DNA of 64,000 bases from a virus. Lineage: Duplodnaviria > Caudoviricetes. Shown here piece after piece: positions 39,214-49,094 of this stretch. A program made the translations under genes and the position numbers. The stretch's first letter is position 1, and every line of letters begins with the position of its first letter. The stretch is from positions 1-64,000 of the IMG/VR virus record IMGVR_UViG_3300015607_004593; one strand, 5' to 3'. A model generated the notes under the pieces. The model saw only the letters and a program-made list of their open reading frames with translations. It did not search any database and was not told the origin of the DNA.

Positions 39214-40638
39214 TTAGAATTTAAAATCAGAAAAAGAGGATTTTCTACCTTTGAAGTGTGACGAATCAACTTCAGGTGGTTTTTCTTTGGAATCCTCTTC
39301 ATCATCCGAGGATTTCCCTAAGAATGAATAAAGTTCATCATCATCTACTGAATAAAGTCTCATTTTTGGTCTATCAACCCCTAATAAGAATCTTCTATGT
39401 CTAGTTAAATCATCATATCTATTCTTAAGTTGAGTAAAAAGAATCCTATTCATTTGGTCTAATTGTTCATTCCTAAAACCTGCTAAAACAATATCAGCCG
39501 TATGCGTAACACCTATTGATTCAGAAATCCCGTCTAAACCCATATCTTGCTTTTCCATATTTCCCCTATTAACTTGAGAAGATGAAAGAGCGGCTAAATC
39601 ATATTCCATTGCTAAACCCCTAATTTCTTCAGCAACAGACTTTAGGTTTGTATTTGTATTGATTCCTGAATAAGCTTTATATCGTGAAGAAGCACAAATA
39701 TTAAGATAATCTATAATCATTAAATCAATCTTTACATTTTTCTTTGTTCTTAATTCTTCTAAGATATGTCTAAAGTGTTCAGAAGTTGCCGACCCGGTAG
39801 GAAATTCTTTGATGAATAATTTACCTTTACAGAATTTCTTTGCTTTATTCATTTTAGAAAGATATTCTTCTCGTGAAAGAAGAGGTATATCATTATGATC
39901 TATATCTAATATATTTGAATCTATTCTTTGACGAATACGTTCTGCTGCCATTTCCATTGTGAAATAAACTACATTAAACCCTGCTTTCATTGCAGTAGTA
40001 GCAAAATGACATTTTGAAAGAGATTTTCCTGCATTTGTTGACATTAAAAGAATAGAAAGAGATTTTCTTGGTAATCCTATATCATTTGTTATTTTGTTTA
40101 AGATAGGAATATCAAAAGGTATTCCTGATTCTTTCTTAGAATAGAAATCATATTGCTCTTCATCATCTAAAGAATAATCTATACCAATCTTTGTATCGAA
40201 TGATATTGAAAGAGATTCTTTCAAAAGTTCAGGAATAGAGTTTCTTGTTAAATCTTTAGATTCCCCCTGATAAATTTCAATAGACTTTTGAATTGAATTA
40301 TAGATTGATTGATCTTGACAAAAAGATTCAGTCATATCTATAAGAAATTGAGTAGATTTTTCTTCCCTTAATGAAAATAACTCTTCATCAATAACTTTAG
40401 AAAGAATTTTAAAATGTTCATCAGAAAAATGTTGAATCTTTGGTTTTAAAGAAATAATAAGACCTTCTTTTGAAGGTATAGATGAATACTTTGAATGATA
40501 CTCTTTTAATGTAGAAAAAAGAATCTTTGTAACTTGTGTAGTAAAATATTCTTCCTTCAAATAAGGAAGAACTTTAATTCTAAATTCTGAATTTGTAATT
40601 AAAGAAGATAATATTAAATTTTCTTTTATTTCAGACAA
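39214..40638 (-). CDS. gp41: Replicative helicase (gp41/DnaB-like)
   Basis: TNAGKSL, TMEMA, IKEFPTG, IDYLNICASSR, AEEIRGLA, QLKNRY. Confidence 0.96.
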   Translation of the reverse strand: MSEIKENLILSSLITNSEFRIKVLPYLKEEYFTTQVTKILFSTLKEYHSKYSSIPSKEGLIISLKPKIQHFSDEHFKILSKVIDEELFSLREEKSTQFLIDMTESFCQDQSIYNSIQKSIEIYQGESKDLTRNSIPELLKESLSISFDTKIGIDYSLDDEEQYDFYSKKESGIPFDIPILNKITNDIGLPRKSLSILLMSTNAGKSLSKCHFATTAMKAGFNVVYFTMEMAAERIRQRIDSNILDIDHNDIPLLSREEYLSKMNKAKKFCKGKLFIKEFPTGSATSEHFRHILEELRTKKNVKIDLMIIDYLNICASSRYKAYSGINTNTNLKSVAEEIRGLAMEYDLAALSSSQVNRGNMEKQDMGLDGISESIGVTHTADIVLAGFRNEQLDQMNRILFTQLKNRYDDLTRHRRFLLGVDRPKMRLYSVDDDELYSFLGKSSDDEEDSKEKPPEVDSSHFKGRKSSFSDFKF

Positions 40639-40772
40639 AATAAGCTACCTTTTTATTATAGTTTTATACTGATAGAGTAAAATCATAAATGGTCATAAAA
40701 TCCTAAAGAATTCTATAACTTTTAATTCCAAATCAACTAAGGATAACTCCAAGTTAATTTGTATTAAAAATC

Positions 40773-40934
40773 TCATTTTTTTCTTTTCACTTCTATGCTT
40801 TCTAAAACAGGAATAAGTTTCCTCTTAAAATCTCCTCTCAAAGAGGATTCATAAATTTCCTCATTGGTCATTTTCCGAAAACTAATCTTTCGTATAATTT
40901 GAAAATATTCAGTTTCTATTTCTTCTAAAATCAT
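40773..40934 (-). CDS. 53-aa hypothetical protein (not in ORF track)
   Basis: MILEEIETEYFQIIRKISFRKM... starts 3 nt after the previous stop. Confidence 0.45.
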   Translation of the reverse strand: MILEEIETEYFQIIRKISFRKMTNEEIYESSLRGDFKRKLIPVLESIEVKRKK

Positions 40935-40937
40935 ATT

Positions 40938-41321
40938 TTATGTCTTTGCAACAATATAGCCATTGATAAGAAGTGTGAAATTTTTTAAAAGATGTAATCT
41001 AATAAAATTAGATGAAGAAAGAGAATCAAGAGCATGAATCTTTCTTAGTTCTGTTAATAGTCCATAACAAGCTACTTCATCATACTTTTCAGGAATTTTA
41101 AAATTATAACCTTGTGAGGTTTTTATCAGAAATTTTTGGTCATGGCAACAAAATATTGTATCGTTAAGGTCAAAAACTAATCTATTAAGTCTTTTAAACT
41201 CAGTAGTTTTATTTTGTACTTTAGCAGGCCCATAGATAGTTGAAACAGTTTGACCTATCTCAATATCGTTTAATGACACAAGCCCGTCAGGAGTTAAAAT
41301 TTTTGTTGAGGGGTGAAGCAT
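40938..41321 (-). CDS. Free-standing degenerate Hint (intein-like) domain protein
   Basis: MLHPSTKILTPDG...DIEIGQTV.T.YG..KV, IFCCHDQKF, LINGYIV; lacks Cys1, block-B His and terminal His-Asn. Confidence 0.75.
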   Translation of the reverse strand: MLHPSTKILTPDGLVSLNDIEIGQTVSTIYGPAKVQNKTTEFKRLNRLVFDLNDTIFCCHDQKFLIKTSQGYNFKIPEKYDEVACYGLLTELRKIHALDSLSSSNFIRLHLLKNFTLLINGYIVAKT

Positions 41322-41433
41322 AATGTTTTCTAATCCTTCCTTGAGACGTTTAATAAAAATAAATCTATCCTACCTTGTTATTATAGAGAATAGATTTATT
41401 TTTTAAGAAAAAGTTTTTTAATAAACTGAATTA

Positions 41434-42927
41434 TTAAGTTTCTGTCTCTTCCCAATAATCAGTATTTTCATCTTCATCATTTTCATCTTCACTATTAGCT
41501 AAAACAGCACCATAAAGAAATTTAGTTGAAATTATTTTATCTAATTTTTCCATAAGGTCGTTTGTAAAAAATAATTCAGGATTTCGATTGATTTCTTTTT
41601 TGAAAACCTTCTTATCTGAAGAAGGAAAAATAAATCTATTACCTACAGACTTTACTAAGTCTGCTGAAACCATTTCATCTAAGATACCATGATAAAGAGA
41701 GAGTCCTGAAGAAAAATTGATAAAAATATCAACAGTAGAACCTTCTCTCGTAAACCTAGATTTTTCCATCTTACAATGGACAATGTTTCCTACAAATTCA
41801 GTTCCTTCTTTTTCTTTTCTTTTTGAAAGTAAACAAATAGTTGATGAAATATATTGTCCACCTGAATTATGAGAAAGTACACCATTAGAAAGAATATAAT
41901 GATGACCATCCTTTACTTCAATATCGTAGACTTCATTTCTTCCAATACTTTCAATTTTTATGATTTGAGCATTTTCATTATAAAGAGTATCCTTCGTATC
42001 TAAGTAGATTCCTTCCTTTAAATCCTTTGCTTTTATCCAATCTCCTTTGAATCTAAATTTGTGTTTCTTACTACAAACAATCGTTGAATCATCAAAAAAT
42101 GTAAGTCTGATACAATCTGGATTTGGTTCTATTAATGTAGAAGGATTCCAAACAGTAGAAACTTTACTAGCCCCATATTCAGTTTGAACTAAATCTCCCT
42201 CTTGAATTTCTTCAATACAACGAAGTGTCCCATCAGCCATTAAAATTTGAGTACCTTTCGATAAACATCCACCACCTACAACAGCTTGAGGGTAAAGTCC
42301 ATTTTGAGACATATAAATGTGATTAGTAACAATGAAAGGAACATTTAAAATTCCAAGTTTTAAAGATATGACCCTAAAGATAGATTTGATTAATTTTGCT
42401 CTTGTCATATCTTGAGTTTCTTTTCCTTCCGTTGAATCACTTACTTCCTTTACTGTAGAAAGATTTCCTAATGAATCTAAACAAATAAACAATTTTAATT
42501 CTTCTCTTTCTTTCTCAGGAATTTTTTCATATTCTTCTAATATTTGAATAGTTTGAAATCTTAATTCTTGGGCAGTAAGAATTGGACAAAACAAAACCCG
42601 TGAGGTATCAATTCCAAAATTTTCCATGGTGTCTTTTCTTTGAGCGGATTCAGTTTCAAAGAAAACAACATTTGCTTTTGGATACGTTTTTAAAAACCTT
42701 GAAATCATTGTTAGAAGAATAAAAGATTTCCCAACCCCAGGTGGCCCTGCAAGCATTGAAACTTTATTATCAGGAAATCCCTTAAACATTGAACCTGAAA
42801 TAGCAGCATTTAATAAGAAAGAGCCGGTATCAATAAACCCTGAAAGGTCGCCAACAATTCCATCTGACACAACTGAAGAATTTTTATTTCCAATCTTCTT
42901 TTGAACCATCTTTAGAAATAATGACAT
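41434..42927 (-). CDS. uvsX: UvsX/RecA-like recombinase with mini-intein
   Basis: IDTGS, AGPPGVGKS, DSLGNL, DMTRAK, VTNHIY, KSRF. Confidence 0.96.
   Translation of the reverse strand: MSLFLKMVQKKIGNKNSSVVSDGIVGDLSGFIDTGSFLLNAAISGSMFKGFPDNKVSMLAGPPGVGKSFILLTMISRFLKTYPKANVVFFETESAQRKDTMENFGIDTSRVLFCPILTAQELRFQTIQILEEYEKIPEKEREELKLFICLDSLGNLSTVKEVSDSTEGKETQDMTRAKLIKSIFRVISLKLGILNVPFIVTNHIYMSQNGLYPQAVVGGGCLSKGTQILMADGTLRCIEEIQEGDLVQTEYGASKVSTVWNPSTLIEPNPDCIRLTFFDDSTIVCSKKHKFRFKGDWIKAKDLKEGIYLDTKDTLYNENAQIIKIESIGRNEVYDIEVKDGHHYILSNGVLSHNSGGQYISSTICLLSKRKEKEGTEFVGNIVHCKMEKSRFTREGSTVDIFINFSSGLSLYHGILDEMVSADLVKSVGNRFIFPSSDKKVFKKEINRNPELFFTNDLMEKLDKIISTKFLYGAVLANSEDENDEDENTDYWEETET
41866..42267 (-). 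mobile_element. UvsX mini-intein (134 aa)
   Basis: GGG|CLSKGTQILMADG ... CSKKHKF ... NGVLSHN|S. Confidence 0.95.
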
Positions 42928-42964
42928 ATTTTATTTTCTTTTTTTATCATAGTTGATTTGTTTT

Positions 42965-44083
42965 TTAAAAAAGGTCAGACATGGAAATAGTTTCTTTTTC
43001 TTTCCATCCAACTGCCGCTAAAAGAGTTTTTATAGGATTCATGTAGCCAATTTGAAAATGCCTCTCAAAATCAATCATAGTTTCTAATTTTAATTCTTTT
43101 GGTGGGTCAGAAGATGACCAAGCAATAACATCTTCTTTTATGATATTTGGAAGTTTCAAATAAACATATTTAATTTTTTCTCCCTCTTGAATAGGTGAAT
43201 ATTTTGTCTCAAGACGATTATCCTTCAACCATTTATTAAATCGTAATGAACCCCTAACATGTAAAGGAGTTTTTGGCTCATAAAGAAAATTATTAGTTTG
43301 AGAGGAAGAAGAATATTTTTTAAGACCATTAACTGTTTTAGGAAATGCAATCTTTGAAAAATCTTTTTCTGAATATATCTTATTCTCACAATCATTAATG
43401 ATTTTAATTAAATCGTTATTAGAATGAGTAAAAAAATAATCAATAGTTTCTTTAATAAGATTTCTCATAAGTTGAGGAGTAGAAGATTTAACACATTCTA
43501 TTCCCATAATCTTCTTTTTAGGTTCTGAATACCTGATTCCCTCTTTATCATAAACATTCATAATGTAATGTTTCTTTCCTGTGATAATGATTGAAGAGCA
43601 AATATTCTCTCTTTTCATTCCCAAGATTCCTTCATTACCATTAAATCTTTTTTCAATATCCTTTAGAATTGAATTAATTTTCGGTAAAATTTTCTCCTTT
43701 GAAAAGAAATCTAAGAAGTTAATTCTTTCTTCTAAAGAAGAAAAATCTTCACCACATTGTGTTTTGAAAAGATTTGAAATATCTTCTAAGTTAATTCCAA
43801 TAGAATCTGTATCTGAAAGAATACATCTATCTTTATTATCTTTCAAAGATAGAGATAGAAACTTATTAACTCCTTTCTCCAATAATTGAATGATAACCTT
43901 TCCTGTAAGAGTAATAGCTTCTGCATTTTTAACATCAAAATAACGAAAATATTGATTTCCTAATGCTCCATAACCAGCATTTGCTAAAATTTTAAAGGAC
44001 TCTTGAGTTACAGACAATTCTGAAATTTCTCTTTCAAGATATTTCTTTCTTTCTAATAATTCTAATTTTCGGTTTTTATTCAT
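42965..44083 (-). CDS. gp43: Family B DNA polymerase, C-terminal subunit (gp43B)
   Basis: KILANAGYGALGN (motif B), SDTDS (motif C), KKHY, KIMGIECVKSSTP. Confidence 0.95.
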   Translation of the reverse strand: MNKNRKLELLERKKYLEREISELSVTQESFKILANAGYGALGNQYFRYFDVKNAEAITLTGKVIIQLLEKGVNKFLSLSLKDNKDRCILSDTDSIGINLEDISNLFKTQCGEDFSSLEERINFLDFFSKEKILPKINSILKDIEKRFNGNEGILGMKRENICSSIIITGKKHYIMNVYDKEGIRYSEPKKKIMGIECVKSSTPQLMRNLIKETIDYFFTHSNNDLIKIINDCENKIYSEKDFSKIAFPKTVNGLKKYSSSSQTNNFLYEPKTPLHVRGSLRFNKWLKDNRLETKYSPIQEGEKIKYVYLKLPNIIKEDVIAWSSSDPPKELKLETMIDFERHFQIGYMNPIKTLLAAVGWKEKETISMSDLF

Positions 44084-44116
44084 CTTAAATGTTTAAAAAA
44101 TTAAAGTAAAATAAGT

Positions 44117-44359
44117 TTAACATATTTGTTTAAAAAAACAATTAAAAAATCTCCTTATGATATATGACCTAACTATTGAAATTAAAGTAAAAAATATAGT
44201 AATTGATATATTAGACATTAATGATATATGAATATCATAAAATCTAAAAATAAAAGATTGAGAAAAAAAGGAAATAATTAATCCAATTACTACATTTACT
44301 AAAGATTCTAGTAAAGAATGAAACTTAGATTGATTTCCTTCTGTTATCTTTGTAGAAAT
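44117..44359 (-). CDS. Two-TM membrane protein with non-canonical start (ATT or ATA); not in ORF track
   Basis: QSKFHSLLESLVNVVIGLIISFFSQSFIF...NISITIFFTLISIVRSYIIRRFFN; open frame without ATG/GTG/TTG at its start; GAGGAG 8 nt before ATT. Confidence 0.65.
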   Translation of the reverse strand: MSTKITEGNQSKFHSLLESLVNVVIGLIISFFSQSFIFRFYDIHISLMSNISITIFFTLISIVRSYIIRRFFNCFFKQIC

Positions 44360-44820
44360 AAAAGCTTCTCCTCTTTTCTTCTTTCTTGTAATCCTTTAAT
44401 AACCCTTCCTTTTACAAAAACCCATGCTGAGAATTCTTCAGACGCTTTTTCATAATTACCTCGCTTTAAATGAATAAGCATTTTTGAATTTTTAAAAGAA
44501 GGAATTCCTATATTATAAATTAAAGAAATTAATGAAGAAGATTGATTTTTAGAAAGATTAATTAAATTTTCATTTTTCAAGAATAAAGAGATTTCATTAA
44601 TTTTTTCTCTCAAAAGTTTTTCTGCATCAGAACAAGACATTTTATTTTGTTTTAAACCTACAAAACCATAACCTATTGTCTTTCTCTTTTCTAAACCCAA
44701 ATAGGATTGTGTCTTACATTTTTCTTTTCTTTTAATAAAATCTTCTGTTGTTATATTTTCAGCACATAATGAGGAAGAAGAAATAAAGAATGATATTGCT
44801 AAAATAATAATCTTTTTCAT
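44344..44820 (-). CDS. Second GH24 lysozyme-like protein with N-terminal signal peptide
   Basis: MKKIIILAISFFISSSSLCA leader; KTIGYG, NQ..SLISLIYNIG, GLQERRKEE. Confidence 0.85.
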   Translation of the reverse strand: MKKIIILAISFFISSSSLCAENITTEDFIKRKEKCKTQSYLGLEKRKTIGYGFVGLKQNKMSCSDAEKLLREKINEISLFLKNENLINLSKNQSSSLISLIYNIGIPSFKNSKMLIHLKRGNYEKASEEFSAWVFVKGRVIKGLQERRKEEKLLFLQR

Positions 44821-44893
44821 AAAAGAAATTTTCTCCAAGAGTTAAATAAAAAGGAATCTATTTTAGAAAAATTAAGAAGAGGAAAAAAAGAAC

Positions 44894-45766
44894 ATGGAGC
44901 GTAAATCATTCAAAGAATTTGCACTTTTAGAAATGGCCTTTCCTGTAGGAAAATCATCTACTGATTTTCAACCAAAAGAAGGAAATTATGTTTCAGCAGA
45001 CATTCAACAAGCCTTCCTAAAAATTGGAAAAAGGGTAGGAAAGGGGTCATCACGAATTGCAATTCAAGTTGAAGTTGAACCTTCACAATTTGAATCAGAA
45101 TTACCCTTAGATATAGTTCCAAATTCTAATGGAAAAATTGATACTGTGTTTAAGATTGCCCTGAGTGCAAAAGGAATATCACAAAATCAAGCGGAAATAA
45201 GAGCATTTAAAACAATGAAGAATAAATTTAAACTTATTCTTCCAATCTTAGATTATGCCTCAAATCACACACCAATAAAGGTTGGCACGGAATCTTTTTC
45301 TCATTGGGTTTAATTTCCCCTTGTTACTCCTTTGAAAAATTCACCAAAGGGATTGAAAGAATTAAACTCTCATTTTATTGAAATGTTTGGAAATATTTCT
45401 AAATTAAAATTGAAAGAAGATTATTTTAAATTTATTTCACCTGTAACTGGAAAAAAGAAACAATTTGGTTTTGAAATATTTGGCTCTCCTTCGTTTATCA
45501 AAGAATTTTCAAAAATAAAACCCCAAGAAGGAGTTATTTCGTCTGAACAAATAGCAAATTTAAAATCACTTTATTCTTTTTGTTCTACAACAGGAATAAC
45601 CCCAACAGATTTTTCAAATCCTGAAAATTGGGGTTTAATAGGAGATAAGTTATATATCTTAGATTATAGATTTGATCAAGATACTTCTGAAATATACAAT
45701 AATACAAATTTAAAGGTAAAGATGAATGTTGCTGCTGATGGCAGTATTACATTAATTAAGAAGTAA
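44894..45766 (+). pseudogene. Protein-kinase-like gene interrupted by an in-frame TAA at 45311..45313
   Basis: ORFs 44894..45313 and 45332..45766 share a frame; GKGSSR Gly loop, VFKIA, QNQAE, DFSNPENWG, ILDYR. Confidence 0.75.
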
Positions 45767-46016
45767 CAGTAGTAGTATCATCATCTTCTTCATTGTTTTG
45801 TAATTTAAATTGTTTTCCTAATTTATTTTGTAATCGTTCTTTTAAAAGTGAGGAAGCAGAAATTATTTCTGCATGTTTTTCTACATACAACGGCCCTTCT
45901 TCAAAAAAGATAGAACCACAATTACCTACTACAAGACAATAAATCTCATATTTTAAAACTAATTTGTTTAAATCGTTATCCCAAACTAATTTACGTTCTA
46001 CATTCGTAGATAACAT
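45756..46016 (-). CDS. Hypothetical protein
   Basis: 86-aa ORF directly after gp43A. Confidence 0.6.
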   Translation of the reverse strand: MLSTNVERKLVWDNDLNKLVLKYEIYCLVVGNCGSIFFEEGPLYVEKHAEIISASSLLKERLQNKLGKQFKLQNNEEDDDTTTVTS

Positions 46017-46031
46017 CTTTTAATATCCCCT

Positions 46032-47531
46032 TTAGAGATTAGAAAGCTCTTGATTAATTTGTTCTAATTCTTTCTCATATTCATTCATCATAGATTTTGC
46101 TTTTTTTCTCTCTGACATAAGATAGAACATTATCTCAGGAATAAACCCCTTTTTATTTTTTGAGAAAAATTGACCGTTTGCCGAAAAGGTTAAATTATTT
46201 TCTTTATGTATTGTCAAGTTATCTAATTCACCTGATAAAATCCTTTCAACAAGATTACAATTTTGAATGTCTTTATCTATAATTCTTCTTTGAATTGTTT
46301 CAGGTGAAATATTTAAAAATTGAATAATTGAAGGATAAAGAGAATTCAAGTCATAAGAAACAACATCATTGTATTTTCCCGGTAATACTTCTTTAACATA
46401 AGCACCCTCAAATGATTCATTCTTTCCTTTTGGAGATAGTTCAGGAACAACAATATTTTTTGAAAAAAGAGCATTATAACAAAGAGAATCCCATGTTTTT
46501 ACAGGAGAAAATACATCTATAAAATTTTGTTTTGCAGTAAAAGAAAAAGACATAGCTAATGAAAACAATCCTAATTTTTTTTCTAATCTATAAACCAAGG
46601 CTACGTCAATAAGATTATAAAGAATAAACTTTGAAGGGTTCTTTTCCCAAAATTCTTGAATAGATTGATACTCGGAATAATCTAATTTATTTTGTCCCAA
46701 TTCAATTTCAGCAATACTATCTAATTTATAACTATCTCTTGGTTTCAGAACAAACTTTTTATAAAGGTCAATATAATCTAAATGAGGATTTCCAAAAAGG
46801 TCAATAACAATTTGTTTTCTACCATTGATCATCTTTTCTTTAACATTGCTTAAATTCCAAAATGAAAGAGAGTTAGCTTCTTTCTGTGAAAGAACCTTAG
46901 CAATTCTATAGTAAAGATAAGGAATATCAAACAATTTAGTATTCCATCCTCCTATAATATCAAATGATTCTTTTTTCCAATAAGATAGAAATTTCCTTAA
47001 TAACTCTTGTTCTGAAGAACAGAATACTAAATTCAAAGAAATAGTTTCATCTTTCCATTCTATTTCTAATTTAGATGAAGAAAGAGCAAAACAAGTAAGT
47101 ATCATTGTCTTTGTTGAAAGACAAGAAATGACTGTTATCATTTCTTTTGCTTCTTCCACAGAAGGAAATCCAAATTTTGATTCACACTCTATATCAAAAA
47201 TACCAATATTGATTAATGATTTATCATACTTTTCTGAAAGTTTCTTTTGATTGATATATTGATTTTCTATAGGAGAATCACCAAGGATTGAAAATTCTTT
47301 TCCAAAATCCCTTTTAAAATCATTCATTTCTGAAAAAGAATTAAAATGAATTTCTTTTGTATTCTCCCCAAAGATAGTTTTAAATTTTGAAGTACCATTC
47401 TTATCTTTTATAAAGAGAGAACAAGAAATATCATCCCCACCTGTTTTATAAGAAAAAGGATATGATTCATCATCATATCCTCTTACATATAATTTATCAA
47501 AATGTCTATCTACAGACGTAAAAAATGCCAT
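46032..47531 (-). CDS. gp43: Family B DNA polymerase, N-terminal subunit (gp43A)
   Basis: FDIEC (ExoI), GWNTKLFDIPY (ExoII), YNLIDV (ExoIII), YDLNSLYPS (motif A); ends in the fingers helix. Confidence 0.95.
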   Translation of the reverse strand: MAFFTSVDRHFDKLYVRGYDDESYPFSYKTGGDDISCSLFIKDKNGTSKFKTIFGENTKEIHFNSFSEMNDFKRDFGKEFSILGDSPIENQYINQKKLSEKYDKSLINIGIFDIECESKFGFPSVEEAKEMITVISCLSTKTMILTCFALSSSKLEIEWKDETISLNLVFCSSEQELLRKFLSYWKKESFDIIGGWNTKLFDIPYLYYRIAKVLSQKEANSLSFWNLSNVKEKMINGRKQIVIDLFGNPHLDYIDLYKKFVLKPRDSYKLDSIAEIELGQNKLDYSEYQSIQEFWEKNPSKFILYNLIDVALVYRLEKKLGLFSLAMSFSFTAKQNFIDVFSPVKTWDSLCYNALFSKNIVVPELSPKGKNESFEGAYVKEVLPGKYNDVVSYDLNSLYPSIIQFLNISPETIQRRIIDKDIQNCNLVERILSGELDNLTIHKENNLTFSANGQFFSKNKKGFIPEIMFYLMSERKKAKSMMNEYEKELEQINQELSNL

Positions 47532-47572
47532 AAGTTTTATTTGTTTCCTTTTTCTAAAATTATTTTTAATAA

Positions 47573-47794
47573 TTACTCAACTTGAGAAAAACTTTTCTGA
47601 CAATGGGGACAAATTATAAGAGAAAGTTCATCTTCTTTCAATGTTTTTTTCAATTGCCTAGTTTCTTTGATAAGAAGTTTTAGAAACCTTTTTTCTTTTT
47701 CTTTAAGATTCTTTTTATTATTTAAATATTTCCTAATTTTTTTCTTTCTGGATTCTAATTTATCTTTAAAAATTTTAAACATAGCTTTGTTCAT
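47573..47794 (-). CDS. Small basic protein with C-terminal CPHC
   Basis: ORF track; GAGG SD. Confidence 0.6.
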   Translation of the reverse strand: MNKAMFKIFKDKLESRKKKIRKYLNNKKNLKEKEKRFLKLLIKETRQLKKTLKEDELSLIICPHCQKSFSQVE

Positions 47795-47884
47795 ATCTTT
47801 CCTCTTTCTTTTTAAAGAAAGTAAACAAATAAAAAGAGTAGAGAAAGAAAATGAAATTCCCTTATTCTCTACTCTTTCTTTATC

Positions 47885-48070
47885 TTAAAGATAAGAAACT
47901 AACTTAGAAGTAAAATCAGTTAGATTGATAACACCGTAAAAACCTTTTTGATGATTTTCTTCTATGAAGTTTCTCACTACTTCATTCTTTGATTCTTCGT
48001 CACCTTCACCAATTTTAACACCTTTGAAAAAAATATCAAACCAATACTTTTTCTTGTTTTCCGTAAGCAT
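47885..48070 (-). CDS. Hypothetical protein
   Basis: Start reassigned to MLTENKK (AAGGAG SD). Confidence 0.6.
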   Translation of the reverse strand: MLTENKKKYWFDIFFKGVKIGEGDEESKNEVVRNFIEENHQKGFYGVINLTDFTSKLVSYL

Positions 48071-48083
48071 CTTAACTCCTTTT

Positions 48084-48578
48084 TCAACGATTCCATTTAG
48101 AATTTTCGTCATCTTCATCATCATGATTATCAAACACAGAAGCTAATGAAGAATAAGGTTTATGATTAGGATTATAAAATCCTAAATGATATTTTGCAAC
48201 TAATCTCCAATGAGATTTTTCTTTTGAAGAAACAATCTTTAAAAGTTTCATGTAATGGTCTTGAACAGGAAACTTATCAGGAGAAGCAATGGTTAATAAA
48301 CCCCAATCCTCTAATAGTTTTGCTATCTGATTTCTCCTATTCTTATCAGTTTCATCTAATGTTGATTCCTTTCCATCTAAAAGAAATAATTCTTTGAAAT
48401 GGGTAATGTATGTTTTTCCATACAAGGATAAAAGATGACATGACTGATAAAGGATTGTCTTTCCTCTTGGAGATACACCTAAACGAGTTAATGTTTCTTT
48501 AACAATTAAAGTTTTACTAGGTTCAACTTTAACTTCTAAAAAGGTATCTAAAATACTTTGTAATTCATTTACGTTCAT
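48084..48578 (-). CDS. regA: Translational repressor RegA
   Basis: KETLTRLGV, LYQSCHLL, HFKELFLLDG, RRNQIAKLLEDWGL. Confidence 0.95.
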   Translation of the reverse strand: MNVNELQSILDTFLEVKVEPSKTLIVKETLTRLGVSPRGKTILYQSCHLLSLYGKTYITHFKELFLLDGKESTLDETDKNRRNQIAKLLEDWGLLTIASPDKFPVQDHYMKLLKIVSSKEKSHWRLVAKYHLGFYNPNHKPYSSLASVFDNHDDEDDENSKWNR

Positions 48579-48662
48579 AGTTACTTTTCTCTCTCTCTTT
48601 TTTCACACAATGAAGTTTTAGAAATTTAATAATTTAAAGATTAATTCTTAAGATAAACATAT

Positions 48663-49094
48663 TTATTTTTTACTTTTTTGCAATCCTCCTTTCATAAAAC
48701 TTAGAGATTGTTTTTCTTCATCTGATAATAAAGAATAAATGACTTCTGATTCTTTTCTTGAAACATTTAATTGTTTTGATATAAGGATTATAGATTCTTG
48801 GGGTGGTGGTGGTTTAAACCACTTTGAATAACGACTTTTCTTTGTTACTCCAAATAGATAAAAATCCATTTGCATTTCTTTATCTAAAAAATTAAACTCA
48901 TTCATTTCATTTGCAAGAAATAAAGTCTCAGGAAACTTAGAGAAGAATTTTCTAACCATAAAAGAATCAAATAAATCTATATCCCCTTCCGTTAATTCTT
49001 TTGTTTTTGAAAGAGCATTGATAACATCAAACAATCCTCTTGGTTTTTCTTCTTTCTCTCCGATTTCATTCTTCTTTACTTTTTTAGGATTCAT
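48663..49094 (-). CDS. gp62: Clamp loader small subunit (gp62-like)
   Basis: FMVRKFFS.FPET...ANEMN, QMDFY...KKSRYSKW, KGG; synteny. Confidence 0.9.
   Translation of the reverse strand: MNPKKVKKNEIGEKEEKPRGLFDVINALSKTKELTEGDIDLFDSFMVRKFFSKFPETLFLANEMNEFNFLDKEMQMDFYLFGVTKKSRYSKWFKPPPPQESIILISKQLNVSRKESEVIYSLLSDEEKQSLSFMKGGLQKSKK

Noticed and set aside
45311-45313. Stop-codon reassignment (alternative genetic code)
   Set aside because: Core genes are full length in code 11 and end at TAA, TAG and TGA; the in-frame stops are isolated TAA in accessory genes
44084-46031. Group I intron or split intein joining the gp43 halves
   Set aside because: No intein termini on either half, no intron core elements seen, and gp43B has its own start
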